From assembly GCA_001662655.1 (NCBI GenBank), contig KV460209.1: a stretch of 64,000 nt of DNA; one strand, written 5' to 3'. The stretch is from Pseudogymnoascus verrucosus (Eukaryota). The position numbers were made by a program, and so were the translations under genes. The stretch's first letter is position 1; the number at the start of each line of letters is the position of its first letter. A model generated the notes under the pieces. It was not told where the DNA came from. It saw nothing but the letters and a program-made list of their open reading frames with translations, and did not search any database. This document shows positions 38,101-48,800 of this stretch, piece by piece.

Positions 38101-38741
38101 ATAGCGAGCTCGAGCAACGGCATATGTGCGAAGGCCTTGGTATCATTATCAGCCCCGAATGGAGTCCGGCGCGAATAAGGGAGGAGATTGCGAGGTTATA
38201 CGAGACGGCGTATCAGGAATTGATGAGCAACAACAACGCAGCAACAGAATATGAGGCAGCTATGGGGCTGCTGGTGGATAATAGCGAACCAAAGAAGCCT
38301 CCCGACGCAATCAGTGTCCTCTTCTTTCTCGCGAGCAGATATATGTATCGACAAAGAAGCGGGGCCGGGCTCAAAGCCATGTGTGAGAAATACTGTATCG
38401 ACGTCAATAGCACTTGGGATTCGGAGAGGGTCATCGTTGAGATTCTACGAGCTGTGGAGTGGCAACGTCAGGTAGAAATAGCCCGAGCGGCCGCCGACGA
38501 AACTTCGATATTAGCTAGTATAGCTGCAATCACCGCTATTGATGCCGAAACAGACCGCATCCGAGCTAAAATGGCCGAAATGGTAAAGGTAGCGAAGGAA
38601 AAAGCAGGTCGAATACTGATCGACCTTACGGGTAGCCCAACGCGGGTTGACGGCCCGACTGTGATTGACCTTACGGGTAGCCCAACGCGGGTTGACCTCA
38701 TACATGGCCCGACGCCGACTGACCTTACGGGTAGCCCGTGA
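35194..38741 (+). CDS. Large hypothetical protein (about 1,150 aa) with multiple linear motifs and repeats
   Basis: ORFs 35194-36303 and 36393-38741 are joined in frame by a phase-0 intron at 36292-36374 (GTAAGT...CTGAT...CAG). Confidence 0.8.
37284..37358 (+). repeat. 15-bp coding tandem repeat x5 (QNQPx)
   Basis: CAGAACCAGCCT-type units encoding QNQPL RNQPA QNQPA QNQPV KNQPV. Confidence 0.85.
37635..37778 (+). repeat. 24-bp coding tandem repeat x6 (TxQNTxxx)
   Basis: Units at 37635, 37659, 37683, 37707, 37731 and 37755, e.g. ACTACACAAAATACCAGCACTGAG. Confidence 0.85.
38622..38738 (+). repeat. Three copies of GACCTTACGGGTAGCCC (DLTGSP)
   Basis: Copies at 38622, 38667 and 38721; the first two share 30 identical bp. 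Confidence 0.9.
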
Positions 38742-39075
38742 CTATGCTCCAGCTAGTGCAGAGAAGGTGCGAGGGGTGGGGAGGTGAAGAAGGGAACCCT
38801 AGAGGGCAATTATGCAGCATATTGTGAGGGTGAGATTCGGTTAGGGGGGTCATGGTAGATGGGTCTGCAAGTTGGAGTTTGATTTAAGTAGAACAATCGT
38901 TTTGGTATCATAGTATGTATGCATTTCTTACCCATATCCCGCCTACGCCGTGAATACCGACTCGCCTCATGCCCGTAAAATTCATCAAGGTTCATAAGCA
39001 CACCCACCACACAACTCCCCATCCCAAATCACATCCCCCATCTTCAAATAACATGAATAAAGGCCCCTTATGCCC

Positions 39076-40467
39076 TCACAAGAAATATTCAACTTGAGGC
39101 TTTTTAGCAGGCATGCCTCGGGAATCTTGCGGAGCGGCTTGAAACACTCGGTATCTCCTCGCTGGCCCTGGGTTAAGGCTCACGGCGTTCTCATCCAGAT
39201 CCCCCTGCTGCAGGGCGGCACTGCGGCCGACCTCGCCGTTACTCCTCGCCAACACCCCGTCCCCGCCGCCCCCATCCTCGCCGAGCTCCATAATAGCCGC
39301 CACGTTCCCGCAGCGGTAGCAGTAGTTCGGCGCGGACCAGACCGTGACGATGGTGTTGTCGAACATCTCTTTGAAACCCTCCATAACAAGCTGATGCGCA
39401 CGCGCAATCATCGAGATGTTATTCGCGTGGTTGAAGTTCTGCACCGTGCTGGCACCGAAGAGGAAGCCGGCTCCACGTGGCGAGAGACCCCAGCCCTGGA
39501 TGTCCTCCGGGTCGGACCACAGAAGATCACACATGGAGCCCTCGTGCGGGACTTCCTGCTTGCGGTCGATGAGGCGGATCTTGTCGAGCGTTTCGGCGAG
39601 GGGGCTGAGCCCGCCGTGCACGCAGAATACGGCCGTGGAATTGTTACCGGAGGTTCCGTTGCTGTGAGCTGAGGCGCCGGAGCCGGGAGGGCCGGTCTTG
39701 GTTGGTGTAGTAGAGGCGGTAGGAGTGCGCACAAGGACGTCGTTTCGTTTGCTGCCCTTCCGAGGGAAACGGTGGAGGATGCCGCCCTCTGAGTTGAGGA
39801 CTTCAATCTCGATGTCTGCCTCATCATAATCTTCGGTGTTGGTTATTTCCGGGGCTTGTGGGCGGATGGGGATCTTGTCGTTGGGCTGCAAGGTGGCGGA
39901 GGCGTTGAGGACGATCGCACCCAGGGCAAGGTAGTCAAAGACGTCGCAGCAGTAGCGCCACACGTTTGCGGAACCGTATTTGCGCAGGCACTCATCATAA
40001 AAGCCGTATACGGTTGTGATCTGGCGCGACTCATGGTTTCCACGGATGAGCGTCATCCGGTCTGGGTATCGGACTTTGAGGCAGAGGAGAAGCAGGAATG
40101 ATTCGAGACTGTAGAAACCACGGTCGACAAAGTCGCCCATAAAGAGGTAGTTTGTGTCCGGAACGTCGCCACCAACTCGAAAGAGCTCCATGAGATCGTG
40201 AAACTGGCCGTGGATATCGCCACATATCTATTCCTGTCAGTTGGTGTGGATATGAAATTGTGTCGCGAAGACATACCGTCACAGGTGCGGTGACTGTTAC
40301 AACATTTCCCTCCTCCACCAACAGCTCTCGCGCCTTATAGCATAATTCCCTGACCTGTGATTCTGGTATTGGCCGACATTCCCGCAGCTGTGCAATAGCC
40401 CTAGGCCCTGGTTAGTTTCGCCTTTGATGCGTTGAAGAGCAAAAACCCACTTATCCAAGTCGCTCAT
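39076..40467 (-). CDS. PPH3: Ser/Thr protein phosphatase 4 catalytic subunit (PP2A-like)
   Basis: Starts MSDLDK; GDIHGQ, GDFVDRG, RGNHE and SAPNY motifs; [14 protein letters not shown] and C-terminal KKPQVEYFL are PP4-type; two 5' introns. Confidence 0.85.
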
Positions 40468-41094
40468 CTTGTATTGTCTTTGGGGGTTGGACCGCGCAGG
40501 TCGCGCCTCCTATCTGGAATGTTTGAAGCGCGTGTCTACTTCAATGCTACAACACAGCTGGACGTTGAGGTGCTGAAAGTTGGCGTAGGATAGCCCACAG
40601 ATTCGAATCGGGGCGCTCTATCGATGTGCACAGTGTGCGACAGGGTCAAATAAGGCGTTAAATGGCAATATTGTTAGGTTTCTGTATAGTTCCCGATATT
40701 ATGGCAAAGTAAAGAGTTGCATAAACCCAATAAATTCGTTCCTGTCGTGCGCCAATTCAGTTCCTGGATGCTGTGTGATATGTCGATCTAAAAGTTCCCA
40801 GCCCACGACATTCGCGATAATGGATGCCGGGGTGCTAGCTTGTGATTACGCTAGCCGGATCTAACCTCAGACCATCTCCGTGTGGAGAAATTTATAGACA
40901 CCCCTCCATTCGAACCATTGCGGCCCAATTCGACAATCGCTCACCTCTGTCAATTCCTCGCTGATATAGGCAAAGCCGGTTATTAGTGTAAGAGCCTCGT
41001 TTGTCCCAGCGACCAATGCTAAACCCTCCAGCAGCTGGATGCCTTTCTCCACGGACTGAATTCTCGCGTCTCCGCCCTCGCCGGCACGCCCACA

Positions 41095-41490
41095 ATGCCG
41101 CCCCATCTACACCCGCGCTCGCGGATGACCTCCTCAATATTCGTTACGACCCTCTTCGCCAGCTTTGCCGTCGTTACATTACCACATATCCTGCCGTGTC
41201 CCGCGCCCCGGGTGGCATACACAGAGGGGGAAATATGTCCGGATGGGAAGAGGAGGCGGAGGAAGAGGTGCGCTCCTGAGGTTGCTACGGACGGCTTAGT
41301 CAAGGAGGGGCAGCCATGTTTGACAACTGTAGCTGTTGGAGGAGGCGAAGACCTCGAGGAGATTGTGGGGACAAGGGAGAAGAGGGAATGCCCGATACCG
41401 AAACCAGGGGGGACTATGGGGAAAATACTTGCATTTACCGGGATAGGAAGCAATACAGATGGATCTGGAGGGACACGACCATCGTCATAA
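41095..41490 (+). CDS. Coa2-like cytochrome c oxidase assembly factor
   Basis: Hydrophobic stretch IFVTTLFASFAVV followed by ILPCPA, resembling yeast Coa2 (FSTFLIAFASV...VLPCPA); C-terminal ECPIPKPGG. Confidence 0.6.
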   Translation: MPPHLHPRSRMTSSIFVTTLFASFAVVTLPHILPCPAPRVAYTEGEICPDGKRRRRKRCAPEVATDGLVKEGQPCLTTVAVGGGEDLEEIVGTREKRECPIPKPGGTMGKILAFTGIGSNTDGSGGTRPSS

Positions 41491-41986
41491 CGAATATATG
41501 GAAGGATAGAGTGTATATAAGATGTTGGATATTAGAAGGCCGACATACGAGGCTTGGGGGCAGAACTGGGGCGCAGAATTGGCAGAAGACCAAGATGTAC
41601 GGACGGGTTACGGAACAACTGTATACCAACAAATACCTGTGTTATAACACAAGAAGAGCATCAACTTAGTCATATGTTGAAATTATCAAACAGCAACAAG
41701 ATTCCCACCATGTGAGAAGACCAAAAGCGCAATAGTGTGCCTCAATTGAACAAGTGAGGTTTTGAAAGACGGCAGGGTCAAATAGCTGTTGTTATAACAG
41801 CAAGTATTTGGTAAAGTATATACAGTAAGTGAACTACTATATGCAAGAATAACAATTTCCATCGAATATCATCTCCCTAATCTTTCTATCTCTTCTCACT
41901 TTCTTCAATTAAAGAAAACACTAACTACACGCAGCCATTACTCAACCAACACATACTGGTCGCTTTAGAGTCAACAGCACAGTTAT

Positions 41987-42939
41987 CTAGCAAGTGAAGA
42001 CATCAGGGCCGGGTGCGACATAAGGCTTGCCGTCGTTGTCTGGGTTGCCAGACGAGCCGTAGATGTTGATAGTAATTCCACTGGTTTGAGTCAGCAAAGC
42101 TCTAGGTCATATTCGAAGACTGTGTTTGGAAGGGCAGGGGCGGCAGGGTATAAAGGGCACCCGGGGCTGAGGGCAAGAAAATTGAAACTTACGGGTCTCC
42201 AGATGAGTAGGCGCCTGGAAGGCTGACGCCGCCAGAGAGCGCTGTGGATCCGCTGCCAGTGACGCGGATGTTTGCGCAGGACATGTAGAACTGCGCGCCG
42301 CCGGCGCTGTAGGCGGAGTGGAGGGCTATTTGTGTCAGTATGGCCGATCAGAGATCTTGAAATTAGGGAAAACTTACCGATAAGCTCAGCACGCATGAGG
42401 TAGTCACCAGGGGCAATGCAGCTGGGGAGGGTGAAGTACCACCACCCCCCTCCGGAGACCATGGTGTCTACTCCCCAGACACCGTTGTTGAGGCCCTCGA
42501 GCGCGACCTTGGTCCACGAGAGACCTTTAGGGTCGGCAGAAGAAGCATCGCTCACCTACGCCTAAATCAGCATTGAAGCATCGCGAATCTCCAAATGACT
42601 TACCTTTGCGAGATACACCTGCGCAGGTCCGTGGTGACTAGAAGCAATGGGGTTATCAGGGTCATTTGAGCCCTGTGGCCCGCCGATGAGATGCTGCCAG
42701 AAGGTGCCGACCTTTGCTCCAGCGGGGATGGTGATAACATCGCTAGAGACTGGGCTATGGAGGCCGGTGTTACAGGTGATGTCTGCGCTCAGGACATCCT
42801 GCACCGGGTTGTTGGAATCAGGGGCTCGGACTCCGAAGAGTAGGCCTTGAGAGGCGCCGTCGACAGACACCTCCTGGAAGATGGTGTGTGCGGAGACAGA
42901 TGTGGCTGTCAGGGCAGCGAGGGTAGCGGAGAATTTCAT
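41987..42939 (-). CDS. AA9 lytic polysaccharide monooxygenase, no CBM
   Basis: Signal peptide [17 protein letters not shown] followed by His1 (HTIFQ); [26 protein letters not shown] and PGP-VFTC end; three introns. Confidence 0.95.
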
Positions 42940-44665
42940 ACCTGCAATATATTGTAGATATAGAGACACAGTAGCAGTTGAGGACGGGGGAAATAGAGAG
43001 TGGTAGATGGTAGGTTGTAGATGCAACTGAATGAGGAAATTGGAAGAGAAAGAGCGGAAGTTGGCCTGCCTTTGAATGCAAAAGTTGGATTTAAAAAGCT
43101 CAAGAAATCTGCCTCGAGGACCTACGTTCAGTTCCACTATTCCCCAATCCCGCGGGCCTTTTTCTCTAGATGGCACAGGCTATCATCTATTCTATGCAGC
43201 CAAGCGCGGCATTCCACCAGCTCATAAGGCGTAAGAGCTGAATTCTCGATGCCGGACACTGAATTCGTGGTCACATGTATCAGCGTCGACATGGAGTTGG
43301 CCTGGAGATTGTAAGAAAGAGTGTTGATCTTCATCCTCCCTTGAGGATAATAAGGGGGGCCGGCGGCCCGTATCCAACCAAGACGATCGACAAAGTTATG
43401 GATGACAACGGAATTCCTTGATTGTCATGAAAGGGCATACCCAAGGCCTATTATGAAGTGTTAGATTCTGACCGGCCGTACGAGATAGATGGGACCGACG
43501 TACGTGTGGGTTACGGATTAGGATTTGGGATCCATACTGTGCTGGTACTAGTCGTCGTGTTGGACAGCGCTATAGAAGCCAAGACGTCCTTATAGCAAGA
43601 CCTCGTAGCCGCTTCAACTATAGTTTTACTAGACACGCACGGCGAGGTAGAAGGGCGCCCATCAATGCGCTCGAAAATCCCCGGAAGCTTGACGGTCCAT
43701 CGTCATGGCATAATGATCCTCCTCCCAACAACGAAATTCACCAAGCCACCCTGCATCACATCCCACCACGTCATACAACAACACATTATATTCAACCTGC
43801 CCCAACGCATCATAGCCTCTATATTGAGTCGCCCCCAAAGGTCCACCTGATACCCTACAGATTACTTCCATCAACATGCCATCCTTGGCGTTTCACTTGG
43901 ACCACGGCGATCCCTCCCACTGCCGGCCCGCAAACCCCGCCATCCCCCACCCTGCACCTCTACATGAAGCATCCCGCGCAGCGCCACCACAGACATGCAT
44001 CTATCCCGCCATATCCCATATCCCGTCCTTGCTGAGGCTTCTACGCTAGAAGGAAATGGTAGGCGGATGGGTAAATGGATAAATGAGTCGCGCTTAGGCC
44101 GTGCACACGTGGGAGGGGCATGAGGGGCAATGCAGGCGTGCTACCTACCCTGTCCTGGACGTCTTCTAGAACGGGAAGGGGGTGTGTCGGAATTGGGCAT
44201 GGCGCCGGTGATGGGTTGCTGTCAAAGAGCGGTCTAGGGATGTTCCCCAGACTTCTAGCTTGTCGGGCGATCTGGGGAAGGCCGCTAGAAGTGCGGGGAG
44301 GAAGGGACGGGAGGGTCTTGCAGGATGCTTCATCGATGAGCGGGGCGATGTATTGCGCTGTGGGCTGCAAGAAGGAGGGGCTACGGGATACTGCCTAATG
44401 GGGATGCGGATGGCGCATCGAGATTACTTTTACCGGAGCAGATCACTTATTCTCCGAAGCTGCACTTGCGTGCTGAAGAGGGTGTAGCGAGATGTGGGAC
44501 TGGAAATGATACTGTCTGCATCGAACGTTCGATGCAGCGACGTGCATCTGGGATTTCACATATGGACATGGACCAGCTTGACAGCCATGAGGTAACTGAT
44601 ACCAGTTGGGTGTGAATAGGAAGGGATCAAGGTAGTAATAATATGACATTGGCTTCGTGGCTGAC

Positions 44666-45874
44666 TTATTCGATCTTGATACAGACCTTTCCGACATGCT
44701 TCCCGTCAGCCATGTATTGAATAGCCCTGGATAATTGTTAGAGACCTCCTAGATGTATGTGACTGCGGGACGTACTCTCTGGCCTCCTTAAACGAGAATA
44801 CCTTGGAATCTATAACTGGCTTGATATTGTTTGCAACGATAGCCCGGTTCTAAAAGTGATAGTTAGCTTACGTCTCAGTTCGGAAAATGCAGCAGTATGT
44901 ACTAACCATGTCCTCAAACATGTCCTTGCTGCCCACAAGCAGACCCCGGACAGTACAAACATTGATTAGAGCGTCCAGGAATTGAGGCTGCTCCTTAGTA
45001 GCAGCCGCCACAAATCCAATAAGAGAAATGATGCCATCAAACTGCACAGCCTTGAGACTCTGTGCCATAGTACCAGGTCCACCAACCTCAATCACGTGCT
45101 TCACACCCACGCCCCCTGGAGTCAGCTCCTTCGCCTTCTCGCCCCAGTTTGGCGTCTCCTTATAGTTAATCACATGATCCGCTCCCAGCTTCTTCAAGAT
45201 TTCCATCTTGGCGGCTGACGACGTCGTGGAGATAACCTTCGCTCCTGCTGCCTTTGCGAACTGAACAGCAAAGAGAGATACTCCACCAGTGCCCTGTGTC
45301 AGGACGTAATCACCCGCTTTAATAGTAGTGAGGCCATAAAGAGCGTTCCAGGCCGTCAGACCTGCTACAACGAGAGTGGCCCCTTCGAGGTAGTTTAGAT
45401 TGGAAGGCATATTAACCAAGCCATGTTCAGGAAACACGCCATGGCCTCTTAAAGCGCCGTCAGTAGCGCCGCCTAATCCTGTAGCAACGGATGCATAACT
45501 GATAGAGCCGCTTTGGTGGCCTTGGTTGAACAGAGTCACAACCTTGTCGCCCTCTTTGAATAGGGTAACTTTCGATCCGACTGCGACCACCTCGCCCGCA
45601 CCGTCAGATAAAGCAACAACATCGTCCTTTCTAGGGAAAGGATACGAGCCCTATAATCTGTTAGTCATTGATTCTCTTTACTGACTAGGAGAATATTGGC
45701 CATGCCTACCGTGAGGATAGAGATGTCTCGGTAATTTAGAGATGCACCATGGAATTTAACCATCACATCATGATCTTCGACGGCTGGAAGAGGGCGACCA
45801 CTCTCAAACACCAGGTTGTCAAGTCCAGTTGTGCCTTTCGTGACCCACGCGTCTGTAGTCTTAGGAAGTGACAT
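44666..45874 (-). CDS. MDR-family (zinc-type alcohol dehydrogenase-like/quinone reductase) oxidoreductase
   Basis: SLNYRD, SDGAGEV, AGLTAWNAL, QGTGGVS, LGADHVINY and EVGG motifs, ending GKHVGKVCIKIE; three introns. Confidence 0.9.
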
Positions 45875-48800
45875 TTTGAGTATAATAAAACGAGGTTTAG
45901 GCTGATTTTGATATATTTTTATTAAAATTGATCGGACAATAAAGAAATCATATAAACAGACCAGCTCCCCATAGACTTATATCATCCTCAGTGGGTTTGT
46001 CATTACCAAGCAAGGGGCAACTCACCGTAAAATATACGTCACAGTCAGTGGGCCCAGCAGCTTTTACTGGTCAAGCTGCAAGCCAAGCGTGGATCGAGCT
46101 TCAATTGACAAATGCCATGGCTATAAATCCCTTGCCTCATGGCTTAGAAGTGAATCCCCAAGCTTATAAATCCAATTGAAGCTCAAACAGTAACACTGGA
46201 GCTGTTTCTAACTAGGACCACAAGCTCAGGTTTGATGTCCTAAGTTGGGAAATATGGTTTTAAGTTCTCGGTATCCGAATTATCCGGCATTTAACCGGCC
46301 TGGATTGCTGGTGGAACTGCCGACGCAAAGAAAGGGCCGCCTCTTCAATAGTGCGGTGAGGGCCTTTAGTGGAGAAGCTAACAAGTAACATCACTTGAAC
46401 TAAAGGAAAAAGAGAAGAGTTGACGGATTAGCCATCAATGGTAGTTGTGAGTGAGCTTCATCGTGCCTCGGCAAGTAGTTTAGGAGCAGTTTTGTCCTCA
46501 AAAGCTATCAATGGAGAACCACTTCGCGAGGACACCCTTGGTGTATGAAGCGGGGGGAGAAAACGTGACTTCTAGGAGATGTATAAGAACTTCAAATCCC
46601 ACAGTTGATTGTCATGCTCCATTCCTTGCTTGCCATGCCTCAGAAAACGACAAAAATAAATGCAAATAGAACAACAAACCTGGGTCTCCTTTACGCCATC
46701 AGAAGCCCCTTGCTTCGTTGGATAGGAGAAAAGACATGTCATGTGACATGAGTCAAGCCAGAATATTCGCTTCGATGAATCAGGATACTATGAAGATGAC
46801 CATTTCTGTTGGAGGCTTTGACGTCTGAAAGAAGAACAGTGGTTCATTCTTGGCCGAGATGGACGGTATGGGACGCATTTCCATCGAGTATGCCGATCCG
46901 GTCGCGGCCACGAAGAGCAAACACGAAGCGAGTCATGCGAAGTCACCAGCCCCGCCAGGTAAACGACATTCCTTCCCTTCGTCCAGTATTAAATAAGGAT
47001 TAGCCAGTCAATCCGAAAAATGCAACCTTCCAAAGAGCACGTCCATAATCCCCGTACCCCGTCAACATGCTCTCTCCTCTCACCCCAAGTCCATCACTTC
47101 GATCGCCATCCGTCACCCCCATACCCCCATACTCCCATCACCCTCCACCCCCAAATATACCCTGTTGCCGACGCATCACAGTCCCAAATTAAGCACACCT
47201 CACCGCCACCCCATTGGCTAGCGCACAGGCATCTGTCGCACGGCTCATGCGGAGAAGGGCTGGCGGCGTGGACATGCCGGATTCTCGGGCCGGGCGTGTC
47301 GGTGAGGATGTTTGGTGGCGCTGGTGTGAGACTGAGTTGGCTGGTGCGCTGTGTTGGACGGCGAACGCCGTAGTTAGAAAGAGTCGGCAGATAGAATGAG
47401 TTGGCTAGTGGTGGTGATGACCGCCGTAGAATCCGGGTTCGGCAATGGGGCAGGACGGTGACGGGGAGGTGGTGTGGGATGGGATGGGGTTACGGGGTTT
47501 GGCGTCGTGGGGAGTCGCGGGGAATGTGCATGATGGTGGACAACCTGTGTGGGTTGCTCTATCTGACACTGGGGTATTGCTGCAGAGATGCTATATTTTG
47601 TCTGTGGTTTAAAACCGAGGATACTCGGAGAATGGCTCTCTTGGAGAATTGGCAGTGGGATGAGTCCTGGGCTAACTTCCTTGTTGACTCGTTCTAGCGC
47701 AGCTGCTAGCTCGTCGTCGTCGGCCGTGTAAACGGGGATAAAGTGTGATGGCGCGGTGACGGGCGATGGCTGAGACCATTCGCGTGGCACACATGACGAA
47801 GGGTCTGGGCGGGGGGGGGCGGCTGGCATGGAACATGGAATCCTTCTTTGGAAGGCTTCTGTTCGAGGACTGTGCGGCCGGATAAATTGCCATTTATCCC
47901 CAACCCCTGCAATCATAGCCCCTCCGTCCGATCTCAGACTACTCGTATACACGGACTAGGTTATGCCAGCCACCTCGCAGTGAAGGGCATGTGATTCGTG
48001 GTTGGGAAGTGGCTTGACGCCGCCCCTCACATACCCTGGCCATACGGGGGGGGAGCTTCATAGATTGTCTAGGGCTTCTTACTCGGCAGAGGCTTGTCCA
48101 ATGCGCTCCACAACCGTGATTGCAACCACGCCGCCATCCATGGGTTGAGGCGAGGGAGCGAATGAGCGCGCGCCATACTAGGCTCGCAAGCAGGTGTATA
48201 TTAGGCATCGGACCGTTTACAAAGTTGGGGGCGTCGAGGTGGTGGTTGGTAGGGACGCGATCCAGGGCGACTAGACATGGAGACCGCCTCTGGAAGGATG
48301 TACGCCAGCTTCGAGAGTCTACGAGCTACGCGCGACTCCTCTGTTTCGGGCGATCTCCCCCTATACTCGGTCTGATCTTGGTCGAAGAAGTCAGGAAGAA
48401 CATGGAGAGCCTGTCCCAGTTGGGATACCTCAATCTAATTACACCCTCATCGACGTGGTGAGGGCGGGTTGCCGGAGCGGAGACTTCAGGCTGACAGGGC
48501 CTAGAGTGGCGCAAGGCCATGGTAGTGTAGACATGCTGCTTCTGTGATGGTAAGACACGCCGAGCAACTTGATTAGAATGTCTATGTCTTCAAGATGCAG
48601 GGAGCGAACGTGCTGGTTGAAACAAGACTGCGGGGAACACCTATGCAAGGTAAAGATAGTCAATGTAGAAGTCCAGTTCAGTTCTCGATGTTGATCAAGT
48701 TAGAGTACCCTCTATGAAGCAGACCGAGCCAGGGCAGGAGCTGCCACATTCCATCCAGAACCACGGTAAGTTAGGTAAGTATGGAGAAGCCAGAGCTAAC

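Noticed and set aside
38739..38756. TGA CTA readthrough context at the end of the orphan gene
   Set aside because: The extension would be only X-L-C-S-S, which is neither a PTS1 nor a CaaX motif.
42940..43176. Upstream extension of the AA9 ORF in the ORF track
   Set aside because: AA9 needs a signal peptide directly before His1, and the ATG at 42939 provides it.
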